Assembly (NCBI GenBank): GCA_951406725.2
Contig: OX597836.1
Location: forward strand, 45,136,001 to 45,200,000
Length of the DNA stretch: 64,000 bases
Direction: 5' to 3'
DNA from: Octopus vulgaris
Lineage: Eukaryota
The notes under the pieces were generated by a model. That model saw only the letters and a list, made by a program, of their open reading frames with translations. It made no database searches and was not told the DNA's origin. The number at the start of each line of letters is the position of its first letter. Positions within the stretch are counted from its first letter, which is position 1. The position numbers and the translations under genes were made by a program. Below, in pieces: positions 10,072-23,845 of the stretch.

Positions 10072-12751
10072 TAAAGGGGAAACCGGGGCAAGATGGTCCA
10101 CTGGGGGTAAAATGGACCAGCCCCATTTTAGACATCTACATGGGACTTAACCGTCGTGACGCTTTCCAATTCATAGTTACTTCCCTTCGATCTCACATCC
10201 CCAAAAGTTTCATTTTGGCGGCAGTTTTCATGACACAGGAAGGAAAATACTAAAATTCAAGTCTTCAATGTAAGTATTGCTTTCAAATATATCATGCTAA
10301 TGAAATAAATAGCAACACCTTAGGTAAGTATGGCCTATCATGTTTTGAAACATTTCAAATGTCAATGTTTAAGCAGCAACAGCCTTGAATTTTCTTTAGG
10401 TTTGAATGCAGAGCAAGCATTTTCTTTTTTGTTGTTGTAACCTGAATGGGGCAAAACGGTCCACTGTCCCGTTTTACCCCATATGTGTGTTTGTGTATGT
10501 ATACACATATGTGTGTGTTGTGCATAGTATGTTTGTATGCAAATGCGAGTATGTATGTGTGCAGGGATATGAGCGCCGGTGTCTGTGTGGGTGCGAGTGC
10601 GCATAAGTTTTATCTCACTTTCTGCATCCCATTTTCTTTATTATTTTCAGATGGTGAGAAATTGTCAAGAAGGCTGAGGGTGTCTTGGCATCACTCACCA
10701 AATCCTTTGTGAGCCGCTCTCCGGCTATCTATCTGCGGCTTTATATAGCTATGGTAAGACCTCACCTGGAATTTGCATCACCGGTCTGGAACCCCGGTCT
10801 TGCCCAGGATATCAATCGTCTGGAAGCTGTTCAGCGACGTGCAACCAAAAGAATACCCTCCATCAGGCATTTGCCATATTCTGAACGCCTTACTTCCCTG
10901 GGCATGGACACATTGAAACTCCAACGTCTGGCAGCTGACTTGGCAGACACCCATAAAATTATCAACCATCTTACATAACAATAACTCTGAGCACCTTTTC
11001 AAACTCCACCCGTCTAACACCCGTGGACGGACATATTTACAAAGTCAGAAAACAGCACAGCTCCCATGACTTTAGGAAACATTTTTTCACGCTGGGAGTT
11101 GCTGAGGCATGGAACGAACTGCCGGCATCAGTTGTTAGTTGTCGGAGCACTGCATCCTTCAAAACTTCCATGCTTCCTGAGATTCGTCAACACTACACCT
11201 GATTTTCTCCCCTCCATACACACACAAGCATGTATCTGACTCATACATTGTTCGCTTTCCAGACATTTGTACATTACTGCATATACTCTATACGCACTTT
11301 CTGACAAGTTGTGGTGCACCTGAGCACTGTATACAATAACTTCATTATTATTTTATTTAAATTACATTTGTAAAACTGGAAGAGGCTCTTGGACTCCAGA
11401 TAAACTACAGGAACCCATGCAATCTTTCCTACAAGGAAGTTCTCTTCACCTGGCAGCAAAGCAGTATGACAAGGAGTTCCAATGCATTCTCTGTGATAAA
11501 CACTATCAAGAACCCCCCCCCCCTCGACAGAAAATTGGTTTGAATGCCAGTTGTGCAGGGAATGGGTACATGGAAAATGTGCTGGGGTTTACGTTACATT
11601 CATTTATGAAGTTTCTGTGCCGGTGGCACGTAAAAAGCACCAGCCGTTCGTGGCCATTGCCAGCCACGCCTGGCCCCCGTGTCGGTGGCACATAAAAAGC
11701 ACCATCTGATCGTGGCCGTTTGCCAGACTCGTCTGGCACCTGTGCCGGTGGCACGTAAAAAGCACTCACTACACTCATGGAGTGGTTGGCGTTAGGAAGG
11801 GCATCCAGCCATAGAAACATTGCCAGATCAGGCTGGGCCTGGTGCAGCCTTCTGGCTTCCCAGACCCCAGTTGAACCGTCCAACCTATGCTAGCATGGAA
11901 AGCGGATGCTAAACGATGATGATGATGATGATATATCCCCTAATCAGCTACCTTACTGACCAGTCACATTGAGCACTATTTCTGTGTCTTTAGAAACCCC
12001 CACCAAAAAAACCCTGAACCTTCAGGGGTTGGATGTGTCTGCAAACTGAGATCAGGAAACAGCATTATTTCTCATCATCCTAGTTTACTTCCATTTATGT
12101 CATTTTCAGTTGTTTTATAAATAGGCATCTTGGGCAAGTGTCTTCTGCTATAGCCCCGGGCCGACCAATGCCTTGTGAGTGGATTTGGTAGACGGAAACT
12201 GAAAGAAGCCTGTCGTATATATGTATATATATATTTATGTTTGTGTGTCTGTGTTTGTCCCCCTAGCATTGCTTGACAACTGATGCTGGTGTGTTTACGT
12301 CCCCGTCACTTAGCGGTTCGGCAAAAGACACCGATAGAATAAGTACTGGGCTTACAAAGAATAAGTCCTGGGGTCAATTTGCTTGACTAAAGGCGGTGCT
12401 CCAGCATGGCCGCAGTCAAATGACTGAAACAAGTAAAAAGAGTAATTCCAGTATAATATGCACAAGTATGTATTTGAATATGGCAAAATATAATAAACAT
12501 TCTTGTGGAGCAAAAAGCTCCAACCTGGACCCTTTTTAGCCCCGGTGCTGGGGCAAAATGGACCATGTCTGATAAAAATTTCTTTTGCACATATCTATGT
12601 AAGATTTTTATTTTCCAATTATTCATACTACACAGAAACATGTGAATGGCTATTCTCTATGCACATAACAATTTAAATTACGATGTGTGCATTTTTTATG
12701 GAAATATTGAGCTTTTCCCGTAGGAGATCCGTTTTGCCCCTTCTTCCTCTA
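10072..12751 (+). mobile_element. Degraded pogo/Tigger-like DNA transposon with nested CR1 and SINE insertions
   Basis: Imperfect TIRs (GGGGCAAGATGG / CCGTTTTGCCCC), internal GGGGCAAAA(C/T)GG repeats, and a split N-terminus MVRN... + KTGRGSWTPDKLQ...AAKQY resembling an HTH. Confidence 0.5.
10672..11352 (+). mobile_element. 5'-truncated CR1-clade LINE (ORF2 C-terminus + 3' UTR)
   Basis: LYIAMVRPHLEFASPVWNP...LEAVQRRATK..., ending in (ATT)n. Confidence 0.9.
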
Positions 12752-13994
12752 CTGCTTGCTCTACATCTTAGAGTGTACTTCTTTCGGATTTATGTTTTTT
12801 AGAAACGATATATATATATATATATATATATATATCAAAATAAGCAACAAGGATATCCAAGGTAGTGTAGTACAATTGTTTCATGCTACTTCATTTTATT
12901 AAACACTGTAAGTATTACATCAGTTTTAAAATGTCAAGCAATCTTCAGTCACATATAGAATTTTTTAATTAAACAGACATAGCACATTTTTATACTCATT
13001 TCATTTGCCAATATTAGAAAGAGAGGTTAATTTCATCATTAAGAACATGGTGGTAGTATGTTCTTCTCCATCTGTATATTTTTTTATCACTGAGTTCACT
13101 ATGTTATTTAGATCTATCAGTGGGGAGGGGATTTCTATGTATGTATATATATATATATATATATATATGATTACTTTAAGGGAGAAACTGAAAACAAGAC
13201 ATCTCCTCCATATTGAATTAATGTCCAAGCATTATAAAGCTACTGAAAAAAAAATACATGCATTTGAAAGCGGGCTAGTGAGAAGATATATAAAAAGACT
13301 CAACATTAATTGCGAATTAGCTAATTTCAAGATTAATATCTTAAATAGCTTTTCGGATATTTTCGCTTTGACCGGCAGATTTTTAAAATAATTTCTTTGT
13401 AACTAAACACTTTTAAACTTCGTATACTGGTAGAATGTGTTTATAAAACATCTTTTTCTCTTGGCTTTCTTGACAAAATTCTGTAGTTTGTAAGCTATTT
13501 ATTGCTTAATTTCTTGCATTTTGGCAATTTCAACCAATCAATGACGTCTATTGAGGTGAATACAATATCTCCAGATCTTTGTCAACAACAATTATTTGAG
13601 GTGAAATAAGTCTTGTTTCAACTTTCCCCCTTAAAATAATTATATATATATATATAATTATTTATTTAATATATAAAGTGCATATTCTCCTTTGGATCGA
13701 CCTGCCTCATGGTCACAGAGGAACTCTTTCAGTATGCTGATAAACATAGAGTAGATTTATTATCCTTTCTATCTACCTACATTCCTCTTACTCCATCTTT
13801 TTCTAGTAGTCACTGAGATGAAACTAACTTCTAACTATTATACAGAATGGACTGGAGATCTACAAATAGCTTGTGTACAGAAACAACTATGAAAAGTTAT
13901 TTTCTATTTTATAACAACTTACATAATAATCATCTTAAATGGCCTTCTTTATAATCAGTTAATAATCTTCTTTAATCAAATCACTGACCCCCTT

Positions 13995-14290
13995 TACCTG
14001 CACTTCTAACAACATCATTTACTGCATCTCCTGCTATTTCTGCCCTTCTCTGTACATTGGTCAAATAGGACACCGCTTGGCTGACTGGTTCGCAGAGCAC
14101 CTCTGAGACATTGGGCTCAGCAACGACACCCCAGTCTTGCATCATTTCTGCTTTACCAGTCATTCATTACAACAACCATCTGTGTCTGGATTGTCTTTGC
14201 ACAGGGGCCATCTGGACTGCTGCCTTCGCCGTGAACAGGAATTAATCTTCTCTCTTTGCTCCTTTTGCACCACATGGACTCAACTCCTCT
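13995..14290 (+). mobile_element. Penelope-like element GIY-YIG endonuclease relic
   Basis: FTCTSNNIIYCISC..C..LYIGQIGHRLADWFAEHL*...HF...H...RREQELIFSL; contains a stop. Confidence 0.8.
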
Positions 14291-15670
14291 CCCCTCTTCA
14301 TCTGATTCTCTTCATCCAACACCTATTTCCTCTCTTTACTCCTACCCACCTCTCCTCTCTTGCTCTGACACCTACTTCCTCTCTTCACTCCTACTCACCT
14401 TCTCTCTTCATTGATACCCCCTCCATCCACCCCAACCCACCCTCACATCCCTACACCACACCACTCTGCACACACTAACACTGACCACTTCCCAGCACCC
14501 AGACCACACTATCATCTGCACACCCACACATTACAAATGCATACTTACACTTGCACACATCCACATGTCAAAGTCACTAGCCCCTATCCACACACACACT
14601 CTTACATGCATGTGCACTTTTGTTTTGGGATCATCAGTACTTTATTATCTCCCCTTCTTTGCTCTCCTGTCCGACTACCTTTTCCCAACCAGTCACCATA
14701 ATTGATCGCTAAATCAGCAAATTTTTTTCATTCTCTCTGTTTATTTCCTTGTGTTACTTTCTGTTGAAGAGCATAAATAAGTGCTGGCCATTTGCTGGTG
14801 CAGCTCTCTTTCTCTTTCCACTTGTCACAACTTGGAAGTTCTAATGGCTGAGAGAGTGTCAGCCCCCTGCTCACAGCTCCATTAACACCTATAACAATGA
14901 GCAACAATAGGGTCCAATGACCAACCTGTCAGTGTATCTAGGACCATGCCATATGTCCTTTTTGTTTTTGAAAGCTGATGTAGTGGAATTTGAGAAACTT
15001 AGTTGTTATTTCTAGCAGGTTGATAGAGACCATATAAAGGCAGAAACCTTAATTACTGCTGTAATGGCAATGGATTGACAGTGTTGGACAAAATACGTCT
15101 GCCAATACGTTCTGAGTTCAAATTCCGCCGAGGTCAACTTTGCCTTTCATCCTTTCGGGGTCGATAAATTAAGTACCAGTTACGCACTGGGGTCAATGTA
15201 ATCGACTTAATCCGTTTGTCCCCTCTATGCCTAGTCCCTTGTGGGTAATAAAGAAATAAGTGTTGGACAAAATACATCGTGATATATGTCTTTTGACTTT
15301 CATTGTGGGTTCAAATCTCATTGTGTTCAATTTTGCTTTTCATTCCTCCAAGGTCAATAGAATGATGTGTCATGTACTGGGGTTGATATTGACACACTCC
15401 CTACCCCTAAAATACTGGCATTATGCCAAAATTTGAAACAGTTATTATTATTATTATTATTACTAAGGTGGGGAGCTGGTAGAATCTTTACAGCAGCCAG
15501 GCAAAATGCTTAATGGCATTTCGTGTACCTTTACTTTTTGAGTTCAAATTCCACTGAGGTCGACTTTGCCTTTCATCCTTTAGGGGGTCAATAAAATAAG
15601 TACCAGTTGAGCACTGGGGTCAATGCAATCGACTTACCTCCTTCCCAAAATTTGAAACTATTATTATAAT

Positions 15671-16042
15671 TCTCTCTCTATCCGCTCAGTCAAAGTCGAC
15701 TCTCGGTCACTCGTTGAATCAGTGCCCTCCAGTCAGTTCTATCCTGGGCCGCTTCTTTCAGATTGGCTATGTCCATTCCGGTATCACTCTTGATGGTGTC
15801 AAGCCAGCGGGTTCTTGGTCGGCCTCTTCCTCTCTTGCCACTGACCATTCCGAGCATGATTCCCCAGGGATTTTCTCCGCATAATATGACCGCAATATGC
15901 CAATCTACGCTTGGTGATCCCAGCTTCTAGCGACAGTTTCGGCCTGATCTGCTTAAGAACTTCTCCATTGGTGAGCCTCACTGTCCATGGAATCCGCAAA
16001 AGTCTTCTCCAACACCAAAGCTTGGATGCATTAATTCTCTTC
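15671..16042 (-). mobile_element. RTE (BovB-like) LINE 3' end
   Basis: LWCWRRLLRIPWT...GHIMRR...GKRGRGRPRTRWLD...RVTESRL*. Confidence 0.9.
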
Positions 16043-16162
16043 TTATTACTATTAAATTATTATTATTATTCAACCTCGGCAAGATTTGAGCTCAGAATGT
16101 AAAAACAGACAAAATGCTGCTAAGTCATTTGTCTTGCACAATAATGATTCTATCAGCTCACA

Positions 16163-17445
16163 TTATTACCTCTGCCAAGGAAGGAGGTTATGTTTTCATC
16201 GGCGTTGCTGTGTCCGTCTGTGTGCAAAATAACGCAAAAAAGTTGTGAACGGTATTTGATGAAACTTGCAGGAAAAGTTGGTGATGACACAAAGAACAGA
16301 TGATGAAATTTTGGTAGTGATCCGGGAATTTTTATAGATTTTTCATTTGTTATATTTACTTTACATGAAGTATTAAAATGTTACATTCTTTGATTATCTC
16401 CCTTGAAAACACGTTCTTTGTTCCACTTAACCTATGGTGGTGTTGCTGTTTCCAAAGTTTATTTTCGTTTCTCTATTAGTAATTTTACTCGTGTATTTAT
16501 GGACTCTTGAGGGATGATTGATACTATACTGACCACAGAGGGATGCAAAGTAGGTAGGTAGATCTAGTTTCGTAAGTAGACAGATACCTCTTTTATCTTT
16601 GCCAAGGAATCATCTGACCATCTTCTTGGTGATTTCAACGTGGATCTCCTTGATTCCCCTAACCATGAGATCTTGACAACTATGAACCAGTTTGGGTTCG
16701 CCCAACTAGTCCCAAAACCCACCACCGACTATGGAAGCCAGCAAGATCATGTTTACGTGAACCAGGATTAGCATCCACACAAGCAGTGGAGGCGCAATGG
16801 ACCGATGGTTAGGCCAGCGGATTCATGGTCGGAGGATCGTGGTTTCGATTCCCAGACCGGGCGTTGTGTGTGTTTATTGAGCGAAAACACCTAAAGCTCC
16901 GGGGGGGCCCTTGTTGTACTCTTTTGCACCAGTTTTCTCTCTCTTTCTTCCTGTTTCTTGTCCCCAACTTCCTACGCAACCGCTGAGCCTGGATGTGCAT
17001 TCATCCATCCGTCGATGCTCTCGGAGTCAGGGGTTGACCTGCTTACTCTTCTGCGGGTCTTACGAATAGCAAAGGACCATGTATCGGACTTCTCCCACTA
17101 CAGAGGCACGATCTTGCGAGCTCTGGGATGAAGACCGCTACGCTCAACAGCAACTGCATCAGCATCCACAAGTCACCATAACCGACCGTGATGTTGTGTG
17201 TGTATCACTCAAGTTTTAGGTAATTGTTTCTTTTTAGTTGTATGATGAAACTAGCTTGCTGTTGTCATTGACAACTGCTTCAGATGATTCCCGTTTTTAA
17301 AGATTTTTTTTTTTTTAACCCTGCCAAGGAGGTTATGTTTTTGCTGGTGTTGGTTTGGGAAATTGGGCAATTTTCAGCATGCGTGTATACGGGTGGAAAT
17401 GAGCTGCTTGGCGGAGGTCTGCGCTCTCCGAGTGCGTTTCTACTT
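16163..17445 (+). mobile_element. Non-autonomous Helentron (HINE/DINE-like) with APE endonuclease fragment and nested SINE
   Basis: subTIRs CCTCTGCCAAG / CTTGGCGGAGG, 3' hairpin GCGCTC-TCC-GAGTGC, internal LLGDFNVDLL...LVPKPTTDYGSQQDHVYVN. Confidence 0.65.
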
Positions 17446-18638
17446 ATAGTAATAATAATGATTTCAAACTTTTGTCACATGGGCAACTTGGTGTTGGGGG
17501 GGAGATAAAGTTAATTACATTGACCCCAGTTATGCAATGAAGTCGATGTAATTGACTTATCCCCCTCCCACAAGTTGCCCCACAATTTGTCCTTTGTGGC
17601 AAAAATTTGAAATCATTATTATTACTATAATAACCCCTTTCTACAATAGGCACAAGGTCTGAAATTTGGAGGGAAGGGACTAGTAAATTACATCAACTCC
17701 AGTACTTCACTTGTATTTAATTTATCAACCCCGAAAGGATGAAAGACAAAGTCGACCTTGGTGGAATTTGAACTCAGAATGTTTTCGTCCAGTGCGCTAA
17801 CGATTCTGCCAGTTCACCACCTTTATTACTATAATAATAATAATGTGAGTTGGCAGAATCATTACTGTGCCAGACAAAAGCATTTTGTCACTCTACATTC
17901 TGAGTTCAAATTTTGCCTTTCATTCTTTTGGGGTCAATGAAATAAGTACCAACTGAGCACTGAGGTCGATGTAATTGTCTTGTCTTGTGGTTGTAAGCCC
18001 AGCACTCTAACCACTGAGCCATGCGCCTTCACTAAATTAAAATATATACAGGTACTCTTTCTTTAGGATATTAGGAATAGTCACTTTGATCACCTTGTTA
18101 GTCGTACTTGTACTTATGGCGACATTCACTCTGGGCGGGTTGAGTCGGCTTCTTCTACTCATGGAAGAAGTTTCGTGGGAATATCTGGATTTCACAAGCG
18201 GTCCCCAACAATCCCACATGTGGAGACATCCTGTTTGCTGCAGATTGTCTGCAGTCGTAGGGACAGAACGACCGAGGAGCCGCCGGTTGCTGAAACAGAC
18301 ACTCCGAGGATTTTCACCTCTGATAAGCTTTTTGCCCGGCGTGCTAACATTTCAGCCAGCTTGCTGCCTTATAACGCTGACTTATTTTCTGTGAAGTTTT
18401 GCAGGGTTTTCTGTATTTTCTGAGTTACGTTTTCATTTGATTCGTTTTAAGCCGTTCTGTTGTTTTGTCCAATCCAAACCGTTTCTCGTGTCTTTTCCTT
18501 TTTGTACAGTCATACACATTCACATGCGGTTTGAAGACAGACACTGGTACATCTCTGACCAAGGAAAATTTTACAAAATTCTACAACTTATAGACATATA
18601 TAATACTTTTTCATTGTTCACATCGGGTCGGATACTGC

Positions 18639-19045
18639 GGATCTTTTCGGTTTGAACGGCAGTTTTTCCTAGCGGTGTCATATGAAATTGTCACCCATAA
18701 TTATGACCCTAGTATCGATCTATTGCATTTCAATCTGTTTTAGGGTTAGGGGGAAGGGTATCTTTTTTTCTTCACAAATGTAAATAAACCCAAACTGTTT
18801 CTTAAACGAGGGACATATTCATATGGCACAGAATGTTTTTTACCTCAATAGATGTATTTGATTGGTTGAAATTGCAGAAATTGAAGAAAAAAAAACAACA
18901 AATATCTTACAATCTATAGAATTTTCTCAATAAAGCCAAGAGAAAAAGATGTTTTATAAACACATTCTACCAGTATACGAAGTTTAAATTTTTTTAGTTA
19001 CCTAGAAATTATTTTTAAAAATTGCCGTTCAAACCGAAAAGATCC
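18639..19045. mobile_element. Same MITE family, opposite orientation
   Basis: TSD GATACTGC on both sides. Confidence 0.92.
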
Positions 19046-20329
19046 GATACTGCTATGTATAATATAGCAGATAATCTGTTGTATTACCAACTGTGGCTGA
19101 CAGTCTGCAAAGATGAACCATCATTGCTGTAACAAAGACAAATCACTCAGTGGTTTGTTAAAGGTAAAGGGAGATAAATCGGTTATTGTAAACAGCAGCA
19201 GCGGGCTAGATATCACCTTGTAACAGGTTTCAGAACTTTTGTCCTTGGAGTCTTGTGAGGCCTGAAACCATAAAGTAGCTTTTATGTAGGATTTGCTGTT
19301 AGAAAAGAGATTGTAAAAATATTTGAATCTTTTCGATTTGAACGACAGTTTTTAACATAATTTCAGGCAGTACTGGCAATTACCTCGCTCGAATCTTTTT
19401 ACACGTGCCACCGACACAGGTGCCAGTGAAGCGATGTTGGTAACGATCATGCTCGAATGGTGCCCTTTTACGTGCCACGGGTACGGAAGCCAGTTGGCTG
19501 CTCTGGCAATGATCACACTCGGATGGTGCTCTTGGCACCCTACTAGCATGGGCACAAGTGCCAGTAAGGCGACGCTAATCGGAAATGTGTTCATCTATAT
19601 AACTATAGCTCTCTATATGCATATATATAGAGAACTACATGGTTTCGGGTTCAGTCCCACTGCGTGGCACTTTGGGTAGGTGTCTTCCACTATAGCCCCG
19701 AGTCGACCGAAGCTTTGTGATTGAATTCAGTAGGTGGAAGTTACTGCCGTGTGTGTATGTGTGCGTATAGCTGCTCAGTGCCTCTCCGAAAGAGACAGAG
19801 GGATAGATAGAGTATGAAGAAACATTACAATGCTTGATATCAAATAATCAGTGTTGAACCAGTGACACCAAAATGGCTGGTGCCAAAACATCTCAAAGCC
19901 AGCTGACTTGATGTTTAACAACAAACACAAATTTCCCAAAAATACAAGAGCAACCCTTTCTCATTCACCGACCCATCATTATTATTGTGATAGCTGCAAA
20001 ATCAATGAAAATGAAAAGAAAAACTTCAGAGAATGAACAAAAGATTTTTACAGTAAAATATATATAGTCCTTTTAATTGTTTTTTTTTTTGGAAAAACCA
20101 GTGCAGTATGACCATTCTGGGGCAACACTTTCAAAGGGTTTAGTGGATTAAACTGACCCCTGGAACTTTGCTTTGATACCTTGTTCTTTCAACCTGGTAA
20201 GGAAGAAAGAAAATACTTGATCCAAACAGGATTAGCAGTCAGATGGTAAAGGGACGTAATCAAATATCACAAAGTATTTTGGCTGATGCTCTATCGATTT
20301 TACAACACACATACATACATATAACTGTA

Positions 20330-20895
<566 letters not shown>

Positions 20896-21614
20896 ATAAA
20901 AGGGCAGTGAAGAGAAGATTGATGAAAGTAAAGTGAAGAGCTACAGGAAATTCTTAAACAAATGCTGATGTTTCTATGAAACAAAGCTAAGCAGTGCAAA
21001 TATTGCTTACAAATATTACAGGTGTCTAATGTTAATGAGCACAGCCCCCCCCCCCACCCCGGTAGTAAATGGAGTAAGAAATTTCTGATAGAAGAAGAAG
21101 TGAGGTATGTTCGCTGAACTAACATATATGGCAGTGCCAGAGACACAATGTGATGGATAGAAGAGCACAGCCATTGTAGTCAATAGAATGTTGCATTTGC
21201 CAGGTGAGTAAAGTAAAAACAGCCCTACATAACCAGGTGCCGATACTGGGTCAGATGGTAGCAACATGAGTATTAAGAGATTCAAAACGAACTTATGTAT
21301 CGATATGTACAGTCAACAGATACTGATGAAGAGAGATTGCTTTATAAATAGAGAAAAGAGATGGTGTTATTGCAAATCATAGTTCTGTTTGATGTCAATC
21401 ACTTTGTTATAGAAACATGCTTTTCTGGACATAAATTGCGGTTGCAAAATGCTAAAATGGTCACTGCACATAGTGATAATTAAAGTACTTCCTGCAGTTT
21501 TTGTTAAGAAAGGTTTATCTTCTTTATCGCCTGAGTTGGAACTGATTTAAAAAAAAGAGAAGAGAAAGAGAGAGAAAATAGAAAGAAAAGAAAAAAAAAA
21601 GCACAACGTAAATA

Positions 21615-22011
21615 TCAAAGATCAAAACTCATGTCAACATCTTCGTCTAAATAAATGACGGCGTCAGGTCGTTTCTCAGTTTTCTTTGACGGCTTTGACA
21701 GTTGATCTTGCATTGTGGAATCCTTGTCAGTTTTCTCCCCAGAACAATCAGTCATGCTTTGTTGTTCACTCTGATATTCTTTGTGACGTTTCAAGAGGTC
21801 AGACATGTCCAGATTAACCGGATCATTTGAAAGTTCGGAGCTGTTACTTTGTGAATAACTGTCTTTGGAATTACTGCTTGTGTCGTCACTGATGACGGCA
21901 GCCAGTCGGTCTTCCTTCTGTTCCCCACCAACAGTTTCCATAGTAACATTCCCAGTGGAATCCGTTTCGGCTTCCATTCTCTTCTTCAGTTTGTTCTTGA
22001 AGCGTTTTGCC
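21615..22011 (-). CDS. PHAX: PHAX coding exon 5 (terminal, acidic tail)
   Basis: Acceptor aatttacag; phase 2 completes Arg and joins ORF 21615..21977 to TGA. Total CDS 75+706+92+137+397=1407 nt (468 aa). Confidence 0.88.
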
Positions 22012-23621
22012 CTGTAAATTCAGAAAAATTTATTTATTAAACGTAAACTGTTATATTTTGTACTCTCTTTTACTCTATTACTTGTTTCAGTCGTTTGACT
22101 GCGGCCATGCTGGAGCACTGCCTTTAGTCAAGCAACTCGACCCCGGGACTTATTCTTTGTAAGCCCAGTACTTATTCTATCGGTCTCTTTTGCCGAACCG
22201 CTAAGTGACGGGGACATAAACACACCAGCATCGGTTGTCAAGCAATGCTAGGGGGACAAACACAGACACACAAACATACACGCACACACACACACACATA
22301 TATATATACATATATACTAACGGGCTTCTTTCAGTTTTCGTCTACCAAATCCACTCACAAGGCTTTGGTCGGCCTGAGGCTATAGTAGAAGACACTTGCC
22401 CAAGGTGCCACGCAGTGGGACTGAACCCGGAACAATGTGGTTGGTAAGCCAGCTACTTACAACACAGCCACTCCTGCGCCTATTCTCTGACAACGTTTTG
22501 GTAATGCTCCAACCTTCACAACACACCGATCCACAGAACAAGCTAACAAGAGTATATATGGGGTTGTTTGATCTGTTAAACATAATAGCTAAATTCCTTA
22601 AAACATACCATACTGTCATTATCATCATTATCATTCAACATTCAGTTTTCCATTCTGGCACACTGTGCTGGTGGCACGTAAAAAGCACCAACCGATTGTG
22701 ACTGCTGCCAGCCTCCCCTGGCACCTGTGCTGGTGTCACGTAAAAAGCACCCACTACACTCATGGAGTGGTTGGCATTAGGAAGGGCATCCAGCTGTAGA
22801 AACACTGCCAGATCAGACTGGAATCTGGTGCAGCCTTCTGGCTTCCCAGACCCCGGTCAAACCATGGAAAATGGACATTAAACGATGATAATGATGAATG
22901 GGTTGGGCGGTTCAACAGGAGATGGCGAGTCAGTGAGTTACACCAAGCTCCATTTGTCCGTTTCAGAATAGTTTTTGTGGTTGGATGCCCTTCCTAATGC
23001 AACTCATTTTACAGAGTGTGGACTGGGTGTTTTTTACATGGCACGAGCAGGTTTGCCAAGTAGCTTGCAAAACAATGGCCACTCGGATGAGAGAGAGAGA
23101 GAGAGTGGAACTGAGGGAAGCGACTGTGTGCCAGGTGAGAGGTTAGTATATGATAGAGGGACAGAGATAGTTGTCGTATGATAGAGGAGATACTTGGCTA
23201 CCTTAGGACGAAGAAGGAGAGGAAGGTGGAAGAGAGAGTTAGAGAGAAAGATAAAAAGACAGATTGAGAGAGGAGAAAGAAATAGATGGTGTTGGAGATG
23301 TGTTGAGGGGGGGGTATCTACAGTAAATAGAGGCAGGGGTAGTATAAGTAGTAGAGAGGGGATAGAGGGGGATGTTGCACAAGAGTGTGAGGAGATACGT
23401 TATGTTTAGAGATGGGGAAGATATGACTTAGCGAGTGATGGTGAGAGAAAATGGATTGGCTGGAGGGGGGGGATAGGAGGGAGGGTATGGTAGAGTGGAA
23501 GGGCCTGCAGTGGGTGGTAATGATGCGTAGTGGAATGGGGGGATTTTAGGAAGATGGGTGTTTTGGTAGGACAGATAATGTGTGCATGTATGTGTGAGGG
23601 CCATGGTTGTATTGGAAAACA

Positions 23622-23845
23622 GGGCGGTGAGCTGGCAGAAACGTTAGCACGCCGGGCGAAATGAGTAGCCGTATTTTGTCTGTCGCTACGTTCTGAGTTC
23701 AAATTCTGCCGAGGTCGACTTTGCCTTTCATCCTTTCAGGGTCGATTAAGTAAGTACCAGTTACGCACTGGTGTCGATATAATCGACTTAATCCCTTTGT
23801 CCGTCCTTGTTTGTGTTTAGCCCCTTGTGGGTAGTAAAGAAATAG
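23622..23845 (+). mobile_element. tRNA-derived SINE family C, monomer
   Basis: GGCGGTGAGCTGGCAGAA head, GAGTTCAAATTC B-box-like motif, GCCTTTCATCCTTTC.GGGTCGAT core; many fragments across the window. Confidence 0.8.
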
